From NCBI GenBank assembly GCA_010093815.1, contig ML996565.1: 64,000 nt of DNA. One strand, given 5' to 3'. Below are positions 35,769-46,367 of this stretch, piece by piece. The position numbers and the translations under genes are program-made. Position 1 is the first letter of the stretch, and each line of letters opens with the position of its first letter. The stretch comes from Pseudovirgaria hyperparasitica (taxonomy: Eukaryota). The notes below the pieces were generated by a model. The model was not told the DNA's origin. It did not search any database and was given only the letters and a program-made list of their open reading frames with translations.

Positions 35769-36734
35769 CTAATAAGCAAATAGGGGCAACACGAAAACAA
35801 CCGACATCCAGACGTTCCAAATCAAAAACGTCACCTTATCATCCCTCACATTCCTCAGTAGCAACGTCCTCAGCGCCACAGACCAAGCCAACGAACCACT
35901 CATGCACACACCAAACCAACCCACCCCCCAAAACATCGGACACACAAACCCCCAGACACCCATTGGCACTGCAATCGTCCATCGCGCATACCAATCACCA
36001 ACTACCAACGGCATCGTCTTCCGCCCCCTCAATGCATCGCCTTCCTGGTCGTACATATCCGCCGTCTGAATTGTCGTCGCAATAACCCCCGCAACAACCA
36101 TAAGCCACAAACCCAGACAACCCGCCCCACCCTCTGCACTTCTCGCGCCCCCAATCGCAACCTCGAGCGCGCCTGAAGTAAAGCACACATAGCCCCCTGC
36201 ATTAATCAGGTTCCGAATCAGCGGATCCGCATTTGCGCCGTCAAAGTTGTTGTACCATGCGCCCAATACAACGAGTCCGAGCGCCTGGCTCGCGCCACCG
36301 AGCATGAAGCGGCTACCCAGAAGCGCGAGGGTATAGCATGCCCACATGAGTCCCTTCGCGGCTGTTTGTGTGAGGCGCTTGCTAGGTAAGGGGCGCCATG
36401 GCTTGTTGACTGCGTCTTCGGCAATGGAGGAATCAGATGATTGGTTGTTGATTGCGAAGGCTATATAGTTGAGCCAGACCCAGAAGAGTACGATGGGGGT
36501 TCGAAGGAGGATGAAGAGCGAGGTGGGAAGTTGGATCAGGGGTTGCAGGTTGTATGAGGAGGCGGCGAGGCCGTTCGTTATGCCGAAGATGGTGCTGGGG
36601 ATGATGATTGTCTTGAAATCGCTGTATGAGAAGAGCCAGAATGTGCGGAGGTGGTATGAGAGGGGAGGGGTGAGGACGGATTTGAGGATGTGGGTTGCAG
36701 TCTGCGATATGCTCGCCTTGAAGGGGACGGCCAT
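35769..36734 (-). CDS. UbiA-family membrane terpene cyclase/prenyltransferase (Fma-TC-like), intronless
   Basis: LRTFWLFSYSDFKTIIIP, NNQSSDSSIAEDAVNKPWRPLPSKR, WYNNFDGA..IRNLINA and ADMYDQEGDALRGRKTMPL; several TM helices. Confidence 0.88.
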   Translation of the reverse strand: MAVPFKASISQTATHILKSVLTPPLSYHLRTFWLFSYSDFKTIIIPSTIFGITNGLAASSYNLQPLIQLPTSLFILLRTPIVLFWVWLNYIAFAINNQSSDSSIAEDAVNKPWRPLPSKRLTQTAAKGLMWACYTLALLGSRFMLGGASQALGLVVLGAWYNNFDGANADPLIRNLINAGGYVCFTSGALEVAIGGARSAEGGAGCLGLWLMVVAGVIATTIQTADMYDQEGDALRGRKTMPLVVGDWYARWTIAVPMGVWGFVCPMFWGVGWFGVCMSGSLAWSVALRTLLLRNVRDDKVTFLIWNVWMSVVFVLPLFAY

Positions 36735-37905
36735 CCTGTACCGTGCCAGAGAGACAATGCTGTATGTTATGTCTGTTTGCGAGAACAAGCAATTGATACT
36801 GTACTACTGGAAATAGGATCTCTATATCGAGAATTCTGAAAAATATATATGTTTGTTTATCATCCCTATCCTTTCTCTGTCATCTTGCATAAGTCGTTGT
36901 GGCTGACCCAGTGTGTCAACCTGCTTAAACAGTCCGATGTGGCTTGAGGCTGAGGACTATTAACAAACAGTCTAGACCTGCCATCAACCGATTCAGGTAC
37001 ATTCGCTCCCACCTAATATGAAGTTTCAGCAGAAGTAGCCCAGTTCCAGTATTGAATGGTATAAACTTATGTGAAGTTGTATCAAAAGATGTCTTGAATG
37101 AACTAAGCACTAAAAGCATGAAAATACACTCAAAAGCCCTTTCGAAACCATCAAGATCTAAGTATAAGTAGAGCTAGTAAACACAAACAATATCCGAGTC
37201 CAGAGAGTCATTGCTGCCCCTCGTCGGCTAAACCAATAACGGTAGCCTCATCCCTTTATTCAAGACGGGGAAGTACAACAACAAACTCTATAATTAACCC
37301 GCACTGCACAAGACCCACTTTTCACTGACTACATCTGCATCTGCATCTGCATCGCCGTCCAATGCGGCATCCCCGACGCCCAATCCATGCACACACGTCA
37401 CCGCCCTTTTTCATAGTTCTCCATCCTTGCACATGCACGTCTAGTAGATACCCATGACACACCCAGAACACGTTTTTCGCGCACCCACGACCAATCCCGC
37501 TGAAAACGTGCTCAATGCAATCTGTCGATCCGGAAGCTAAAAACGCGATCTTCAGTCATGCATGGAATATGTACGGCAAGGTGTGTGCTTGCGTGGTGGG
37601 TGCGGCTGTCGTTAGATCATTACTAAAGCGCCAGCGAGGAGCGCGGACGGAGAAGTGCTCTGAGTAGTGCGTTTGTGGATGACTACATATGGTGCGTTGC
37701 GCTGAGTTGGGCGTTGTGAGGATTGTAGTCTCTTAACAACAAAACATATCATATACACATGGGTATCTGTTTGACTCCTTACATGGAGACTCGGCCGAGC
37801 TCGGGCGGATAGTCAGATCCATTATCGGAGTCTATATATGACTAACACAGCTCATCTTCTCAGAACAGCCCTACCATATTTCCATCCTATCACCATTCCA
37901 GGACC

Positions 37906-38103
37906 ATGTCAACAAGCGAGCAAGCTCCTCTCAACCAATCACCGAGTCAAGGCAGGAAGCAGCAGGGCAGGCCTTGCACCTACCGCAGACAAGTACACAA
38001 TGACCTCACTGCCGACGAGCCTCAGCCCACCTCGCTACTAACTTCTATACCCAAGAACAGGGATGAGCCAAGATATGAGGTCAATGAGCACAAGCTCATG
38101 TAA
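37906..38103 (+). CDS. Candidate small protein (65 aa unspliced; 44 aa if intron 37993-38055 is used)
   Basis: TATATA near 37833, ACCATG start context and TACTAAC branch-site match at 38036-38042; no recognisable homology. Confidence 0.3.
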   Translation: MSTSEQAPLNQSPSQGRKQQGRPCTYRRQVHNDLTADEPQPTSLLTSIPKNRDEPRYEVNEHKLM

Positions 38104-38962
38104 CGGCATTTGTGCAACCAAAGAGGCTGTGCTGTGTGCCGATAGTGACGCTTGGATGCGTGCATGGCCGCGCGCATGTATGTATAGAAGGATCTGCAAC
38201 GGTATGTCTATACACATTGCGCGTAATATCAGACCTGAAGTCGAGGTAGATAGTGCAGAGAATAATGAAAGAGAGATTGCCGGTGCGGTCGCGAACGTAT
38301 ACCTATAGCACCATCTCATATGTTTTTTTCGGCGCACTGCTTGGGACGTTATATCATATCACAAGTTCAACTAGGCATCTGCGATCGATAGCGTGCCTAA
38401 GTCGACTAGTTTATGCCGTGCTATAGGTACGGTGCTGTGCTACCACGACACAATCAGGCTGATTTGCGAACCCCTCATTACTACACTAGCTGTGGGCAGA
38501 TTGGCACGATAGATGCATCTACTGGATCAGCTTGATTGGACCGGGACTCGGGCTACGTTTGGGGCTTATTATACGCTGGGAATAAGTTATCATGCGGATT
38601 AGTCCGCATGGTAGGGCTTGGGCTAACAGAGCTTATTATGACGACGACATCGCAGTGCCGGTGGCTTTCATGATGTGTATGCTTTTTTTAATTTGTTTGC
38701 TAGTTTAAGGCGGACTTTCCAACGAACATCGACAAAGGGAATAAGAGACCACGGTAACTAAGAAAGAAACCACCCGCGGACAAAGCTTCAGTAAGGATGG
38801 CGGCAGTAAGAGCGAGCTTTGATAACACACCTGTCATGCAACATACGAAAGAAGTGACAGAAAATCCAAGCTCCAAGACCTAAGATCCAAGAAAACATAC
38901 ATAAGTACAGCTCACGCCATCAAGTGACTCCACTCCACAGAAATCATAAGCTCTTGTCGGAC

Positions 38963-39139
38963 TTATGGTCCGTCATAGGAGGTCTCAGGTTCCTTCGGGT
39001 CTAGCCGAGCGCGAATTCTTCGAGAACTTAATTTGCTGCTAGCCATGAAGGATGTTCTCGAGGGGCTAGGGCTAGGAGATGTGGTCTTTGGAGACCTGTC
39101 AGGGCTAGCGATAGGCTTGGCGCTTGCAGAGCGTGCCAT
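38963..39139 (-). CDS. Candidate 58-aa Ser/Pro/Arg-rich microprotein
   Basis: TATAAAAG at 39426-39419, ATG-free leader, 5'UTR intron 39214-39163/39166 (GTAAGT..CTAAC..AG). First spliced ATG opens MARSASAKPIASPDRSPKTTSPSPSPSRTSFMASSKLSSRRIRARLDPKEPETSYDGP*. Confidence 0.5.
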   Translation of the reverse strand: MARSASAKPIASPDRSPKTTSPSPSPSRTSFMASSKLSSRRIRARLDPKEPETSYDGP

Positions 39140-41638
39140 GAAGTAGAACGGTATTCGTCTTGCTGCTTGTGTTAGTTAGAAGTTGTCGACGATAGGTACA
39201 GACAACATACTTACAATAGAGTATATTGTTCGGGTACTGAACTGTTGCTTGTGCCTCGAGACAAGTTGACTCGGACCGATCAAGCAAATGACTGCTATCA
39301 AGAGAAATTGTCTTGGAAGATATAGATGGAACGGAGGCTCAGCGAAAACGCTCGTGATGTCTGCTAAAGCCGATGACTGTCTATGAGGAACAAGAATGGG
39401 CGGGGAAGGTCGAGGTTGCTTTTATATTATAATCCCCATGTCGTCCCATTCAAGTAGTAAAGGATCGGCCATCAGAGTAGACCAAGATCTCCAGCTTCGC
39501 CCTGTTGCCGTGACCGGCAGGGGTGCTGTCGCGGTGAGAGCCTCAGTCTAACAAGTTCTCGAGCTCCTGCGAACTTTAGGGCAGTGGCTGGGTCTTGCTT
39601 CGCCTGGTTGGAGTGCGCGCAGAAGTAATGTCCGCACGATAGTGAACATCGGTCCTGGTTGGCGCTAGGCGGAATCGTTCATCTTGTCATACCTCCTTTG
39701 CCGTCCAACATGGTTACTACAACCTGATCCCAGGACGTGTGCGCTCGCACGCGTCGACCGAAGTGTGAATTTGGTAGTTGAAAGTCGCGCGGTCACAGCT
39801 AGTAGGGCGCAGCGTTCCAGTGCGAGATTCTGCCTAAACAGCAAGAGAAGAAAGGACGAATGAGGCGTTGAGTTGAGCCTGAGGCGAGAAGGCGAAAGTC
39901 AGGTATAGGTGCAAGCAGGACCAACGACGGAACGTGTTCACGTATGATTGAAGAAGAATGAAGAATGTAAGCCACATCGGGAGCGGGAAAGAGGTAACAA
40001 AGAAACTTTGCGTGCTATGCACCCCTACCTTGTCAGATGATTTTGATGCCATGCTGGTAGGGTGTGCAAACACTTACCGGTAAGCCATTCAGGGCATGCA
40101 AATATGCGCCAAGACACGCACGCCCCTGCTTTACCTAACGGACACAAAGGCACAAAGGTAAGAAAGTACAAACTACGAAGAGCGACAAGTGCTGGTAATG
40201 ACGATGGATAGAGTCAATGCCCATGTCTTGCCAAAGGCCTGGCGAAGTTCATTGGAGCCTGACCTTCGAGAACTGACCTTGGGGGCCAACTGCGAGATGC
40301 ACAACCGGGTGTATTATCAGCAGCAGAAGATCAGCTGTATGTGCCGTTGATAGCCAGTAGACTGGATCACACTGTACACCATACGTTGAGTAGCACACTG
40401 GTGTAGATGAGCCATGGCTGCACCTGGTATGCCCCGTGTTTGCGAGGTGATACATCGAGATACACGTTGGTGCAAGTGAGCCGGCGTTGAGAATGCAGGA
40501 ATAGAGAGCCAAGAACAGAAGCGATTCACTCTGCGGTAGAGGTTGAGCTGGCAGGCTGACTCATTGGGCCTGATGGTGGCCGTCAACCATTGCTTCTCGT
40601 CCCTGAATACCTATGGTGTGCACTATGGAGTGGCGAGAGGGCGTGGCTGCGTGTTTCGGCCTTGCGGAAGACTTTGGCGTGTGAGAGGGCCGGAGGCGTC
40701 AACGTCTGGGGTTCCTTCACAAGTACGGACGTGTCCGTTTCTGCACGTCCATTGCTGACCGGCTGTCACATAGGGTGACATGACTGGATGGAAGCAAGGC
40801 GCAGCGATTTGGGCGGTCGGGGTTGTCTGAGGGATGGAGGTAAGTGAAGAGAGAAAAAGTGAGTGAGTGGCCTCAGCTCCCTATATCCGTATTAGGAATA
40901 GTGATCTTGAAGCGTCCCGGGCCCTGCCGTCATCAGTGGAATGCTGCATAGGTAGCAGGTAATACGCTATGGACTGTCCCGCCCATATAAGATATCATAT
41001 TTGCAGGTACGTCAGATGCCAATAATAACGAGAACAGCTTCGCGACTTCAGAGTCATTGACGAGAGCACTATGGTGCGCAAGGCCTACGTCACCATCAAG
41101 CTCCATCGGTGATCCAAAGCTCATTGATGGCTATGCTGCTCTCTAAGTGCATTTCACATGCGCTTGTACCCTCATCGCTTATAATTCATAGTTTGTATGC
41201 AAGAAGGAACAAGCGATTTGTGATCGCATGTTTCGCAGCCTGAGTGTCCATCAGCTGTACTGCTGCAGAGTGGTCTTGTTCATCGACGAATGACCATGGG
41301 ACCTTATCCGTCGCCTGGATTTCAAACCGAGTGAGTACGGACAATGACGTAAATACGAGATCCAGTGGTCGTCTCTGGTACAGACAGTCTAAAATCATTG
41401 AGGCGTAGCGTGCGTAGTACAGTGGACGTCAACATCGTCATCAGGTGTTTGTTGTCGACCTCTCCAAACACTTCTTACCCAGCTTCCACGTGTATTGACG
41501 TCGAATATTTCTAGTCCTGGAACAGAAAGGAGCGGTATCAGTTCCCACTGCCATTTCAACAACAAGAACGTGTAATCGCTCCCTGGCCCTCGGTAGGGAA
41601 TACTGTAAGGTCTGCGAGCTTGGGGAAGGTGAGGGGGA

Positions 41639-41654
41639 GGGGGGGGGGGGGGGG
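41639..41654. repeat. Poly-G homopolymer (16 nt) within a G-run cluster
   Basis: Directly visible. Confidence 0.95.
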
Positions 41655-42819
41655 CTGGGACAACCTACTCATTATCAGCAGGCAGATTTCTAACATATGC
41701 CAGAAAACAGTGCTCACTTACCTGAGTATATGCTCGGTAGCTGTGAAAGAATGGATTGATGTTTATTGGCGGGGAAGATACTAACACAAAAAGTGGCGGT
41801 CGACAGGAAATTTATCTCTTAGTCTTAGGAGCGAGATGTGTTCAAGTGGCGTCACTATGTCAAGGCTAACATATAAGCAGATATTCTATACGTTGAATGT
41901 ACTGCACCTGGTATCACTCGGCGATTTGGATATGTAGTCATACTGGACGTAAAGTATGTTATATGGGATCTTTACTTGCGTACTACGCCCAAAGCTAGTG
42001 TCCAGTTGAAATACCAGCCCGGTCCTTTTGATATGGTTCCCAAGTGATCGAGCCTTCCACAGATGTGCCTCCGCAGACCAGTTGAGAACCTGATTGACGA
42101 CTCGCTGAATTTCCCCGTGAAGCACGTACGAGCACTAAGTATTCCCCAAGATGACAGATTGTGCACCCCGGGGCGTTCACTACCAACAAATAAGATTGTC
42201 AGGTACGCAAGCGATATGACCCAGCAGACCCAATGCTTGTAGTCTGTGAGGCTCTAGCGCAGTTCGAAATAGTTGATTATGGGACTTTGTGGGAGACATG
42301 AGGCGAAGATGTGTCAATGTACTACTGAGTCGGTGCCAAGTGGTCTATGCCGAAAGTGATCGTCTTTCCTGCCCGACCAACTGACAGACTTCAAATCTAA
42401 AGGGGCGAAACTGCATGAATTGAGTTCTTATCAGCCTGTTGCAACTTGTGCAAAAGACATTGTTTAAGCTTCTTACATCAACTGATCACGTTCAACAACG
42501 ACACCCGACTGCACCACCTGCATCAAAGGTGTGTAACACAAGTTTCTAGACAATGGCGAACAGAAGTGTCGTGATAGACATGAACGAGTTCGGTACTTGA
42601 TTTCAGCTGGCCCTTGAAGTGTAAGATTATCAGCAGCGAGCGAGTTGAATTTCGGAACACCGGAAGGATGGCTTTGCCACCAGGAGCCTGAAAGTAGATT
42701 TAAACCTTTATTACTCTGATAGCTGCATCAGCAAAACTGGCGAATGTTTATTTGTATTTAAATGTGAGAACAACGTCGTCGAGACTCGAGAATCTTGACG
42801 CGAAATAGCCGGTCAGCAG

Positions 42820-45800
42820 TCATCGCACGACGGATTGATAGGTGTCTGAGCTGGGATTTTGCGCATAGTGTAATCGTAACCAGACAGCATCAGGATTTCG
42901 ACTTTCGAAAACATCTCGAATGTCTCTCTTGGCATGCAGTAAAGGCTGCATGAGGTCGAGCGCTTCGTCGTACTTCTCATCGTCGATAGCCACGTTGCCA
43001 ACGATTGATATCAGTAAATCCACGTAAGACTTCCAGATCATCCGAGATGGGGAATCAACGTAGCCTAGCCGTAGCGTAGAATCAAGCTCAGTCGTCACAA
43101 TCTTACTTGCCTCATCTCTTGCAACATTGCCGAGAAGCTGTTGGATATCGCGGTCTGAGTCGCCTGCCTTCGACCTCAGCGATCGGTTTTTGGCGATCTC
43201 TTTCCGTGGATCCAAGCTCATTAATGATGGCCACACATCGTCAATGCGGCTTTTCATGAAATTACCCCCGTGAAGACACATCAATCCTATCACATCCAAG
43301 GTACTGGCAACTATGAAGGCCTCGGGATCCAGTAATCGTGGAACCAGGACTGGCCATAACGTGTTTATTAGAGGAAGGAATGAGTTCTCGTGAGCTGCGA
43401 GGGCAGGAAATGTCGTTCGTAGAAGAGAAAGTAGAGAAACTCTTAGGCTCGGAGATGAAGATGGAAGATAATGTTGCGTAAGTTTAGCAATCTTCAGAAG
43501 CAAGTTGTATGATTTCGGGACGGGTGGTTGCGCGTCCTCATTCTGCAAACTGGGATTCTGTTCCCCCTGTTCGTCGATTCCAGTCTCGTCATTTTCCTTG
43601 TCATTTTTCCAGGCTCCTTGGGGAAAGGGCTCTGGCTTCTCTTCGTCTTCACGTGATCTTGTCAAGTGGTCGCACAGATCTCGCATGGTCTCAACGATGT
43701 CTAATGTCGTAGGTGGGTTATATTGTATCCCTGAAGATGCCTTCTTACAGCTTCCATCGATGCTCAGAGCCTGAGTCTTGACCCCTTCCTCCGACATCGC
43801 TCTGAACACACTGAAGAGCAGTTCCACGAGCCGAGGATATCCATGAAACGATTCCAGTGCCGAGAACATTGATGAAACGAGATCTTCAAGGTACGGCAGT
43901 AAAGATGGTCCCGATAGGCGCACCATCATAAGTAGAACTTGCGGCGCTTCCGGTGATAGTTCGAACGAGTTGAGACTTAAGCCAACGGCGTTCACGAGGT
44001 AATCCACATTTTGAACTATCATATCGCTTGCTTGGTTATATTGACAAGCCCTCGCGACAATGTTCATGCACGTCAATGCGTGATGGCGTAATCTATCATT
44101 GGAAGATCCCATTAGATGTAGGATAGGATATAATGTGTCGATGAGTTCAGGCCTGTAGGCTGGACCCTGGTCATTTGCTTGTGATGCGATCGTCTCAAGT
44201 GCTAGTGCTCTCAATCTCCAGTCCATATCCGTTTCACCGATAGACTCGGTAACAATGGACACCGCCAAAGCATATATGTTTTCTCTCGCTTCTATTAGTG
44301 CAGGAGGAACATCATCATCGAACTCGAGAAGATCTGATATCTCCGGCGGTGTGGAAAATATTGTGTCGATCAAGACCTTTGCTAGCCAAAAACTTGCTAA
44401 CTTCACCTCACCTTGTGCGTTATGTGCTGTCTCCAATAAGTTGAAGGTCAAGCCCAGGGATGGATCGGATCGTCCGATCTGGGCTAGGAGCTGTCTGAGT
44501 TCCAACATTCCTTGTATCTGTTCTCCAACCCTACCGAGAACGGGTCTGAACTGTGCTACAGATCCGCTTAAGGTTGTCGTCGTTGTGACTTGGCCAATGA
44601 GTTCCGGGAAGTCTGGGTTACTTTCCTGAAACGTTCTCGATTGACCGCGGACGAGAACAGTTACGCTGTCTCTGAGACTTGAAGCCAATGAGCTGTCAAA
44701 GGTGGCGACAGTAATTGCTTCTTGATGGAGTAGCTTGAAACCGGCAGATATTCTCTGTAGTACATCACGCTTTGACCTATCGTTTTGCGAAGACATCAAG
44801 CGAGGCAAAGATACAACCCAACCATGGACAACCGTTTTAAGATGCTCCGCAGCTTCAGGGTGAGATCCAATCAATCTTTGCAAGTAAGCCCCGGCGACAT
44901 TATTCGTTTCTGGATCTATCAGTGACACTAAAGTGTCCATCATCATCGTAGAGCATCCTTCCAAAGACTTGCGACAGTCTTCCAATACGATGATACAGAG
45001 TCGAGCTAGACCATCACGAACCTCTCGACGTTCATGCTGTCGTACAGTGATTATATTCGAAAGCGCTTGCTTAATCTGGCCAGCCGATGCGCTGAGCCAA
45101 GCTGGGGTCAGTATAGAACCTCGACCATCTGATGATTTTTGAGGTAGATTGGCAGTATGAACGTCACTGAATACAAGTAAAAGAATGTTCGCAAGGCTCT
45201 CCAGGCAAGATTGAAGTACTTTGAAAGATCGTTTCGTCTGTACGGTCGATGACAGGACTCTTGAAAGCGACGATATTATCCCAGGTAAGAAGTTTGCTAG
45301 AACGTCTTGCTGTTCCACCGCTGTTAGGAAGTTGAGAACAGCTTGAGCGGCAGCGAGTTGAATATCGCTTGATCGACCCACAACTATAGCATCAAGCGAC
45401 AGCGACATGCAGTTTCCAATGCTGAGGATGTTCTCGGTTGCTATTAATGAATCCTTGGCGTTTGGAGATCGAGAAAAACTTCCAAGCAAAGCTGCCAGAG
45501 ATTTTAGAGCAACCGTCTGCAGCTCTTCAGAACTGGCGTGAAGTTTAGCCGTGGTATTTGAGGTATCCCCTAAAAAGCTGAGTAGAATAAGAAGCTGTAT
45601 CCCTAAGTCCTTTGGGATGTTGCGTTCCCATCCAGTAACGAGTAAAATATGTAAGCATTCCAAAGTAAGCTCGAGGGCACGCCCTGGAATAATGCGACTC
45701 GCTTTGAGTACGTGGGAAAGAGGAAAGAAAACATATTCCGCAAGCTTTGCATCAATGTCACCGGCACCATTCCGCACGGCATTCAGCTCCTGAAGTAAGT

Positions 45801-45973
45801 ACTCGAGAGACGAGATGAGAGCTTTGATATCTGTACTTTTGCCAGCTAGAGCAAGTGCATGTTGGCTTAGCTGGATACACAGTGGCTTCAGCTGTTCTGA
45901 ATGTGAGTATATGGAACATGCAGAAGCCTCGAGAATTAGGTACCCTTTGAAAGACTTCGGTGCGGCTGGACAT
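42820..45973 (-). CDS. TTI1: TEL2-interacting protein 1 (HEAT repeat, TTT complex)
   Basis: Probable start MSSRTEVFQR|LKPLCIQLS (short intron after 45944); LAEYVFFPL, FLPGIISSL, NVDYLVNAV and LPLINTLWP motifs. Confidence 0.88.
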
Positions 45974-46187
45974 AACTTCGTTGGGGACCGGATAATCAAA
46001 TTGAAATTCATCATGCTACTTATTACCACATATTCGATCCCAGTAGACATGTGATTCTTGTCGCGATGTGTTGTTCGAAACGATGATAGCGATTCAGCGA
46101 CAGGGCAGACAGTGATCGAGGTCGGTCTGTGCCTTAGGCTAGTCCAGATAAGTCAAACTCAAGCTGCGTGAGCGGCTAGAGGCGAAC

Positions 46188-46193
46188 ACGCGT
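46188..46193. promoter_or_regulatory. MCB-like element ACGCGT in TTI1/PDS5 divergent promoter
   Basis: Exact ACGCGT plus further CGCG cores near 46212 and 46345, upstream of a cohesin regulator. Confidence 0.45.
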
Positions 46194-46367
46194 GAATGGA
46201 ACTAGAAGCATCGCGCGGGCCTCACGATTCGTGGCTCTCCTTGAATCATTTGCAGAATCCACACATTAATTTCAACTACCATCGTACGACGAAAGCGTGG
46301 AAATAAACAAAACAGATCTGATACTCACGAATTCAACCTGCCAACGCGCTGCGCGCGCTACGCTAAC

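Noticed and set aside
36800..42800. Transposon or RIP-degraded relic explaining the gene-poor region
   Set aside because: No transposase/RT motifs, terminal repeats or strongly AT/TpA-rich tract visible.
45974..46050. TTI1 N-terminal extension MSTGIEY...
   Set aside because: A spliced start at 45973 (MSSRTEVFQR|LKPLC) fits the family N-terminus better.
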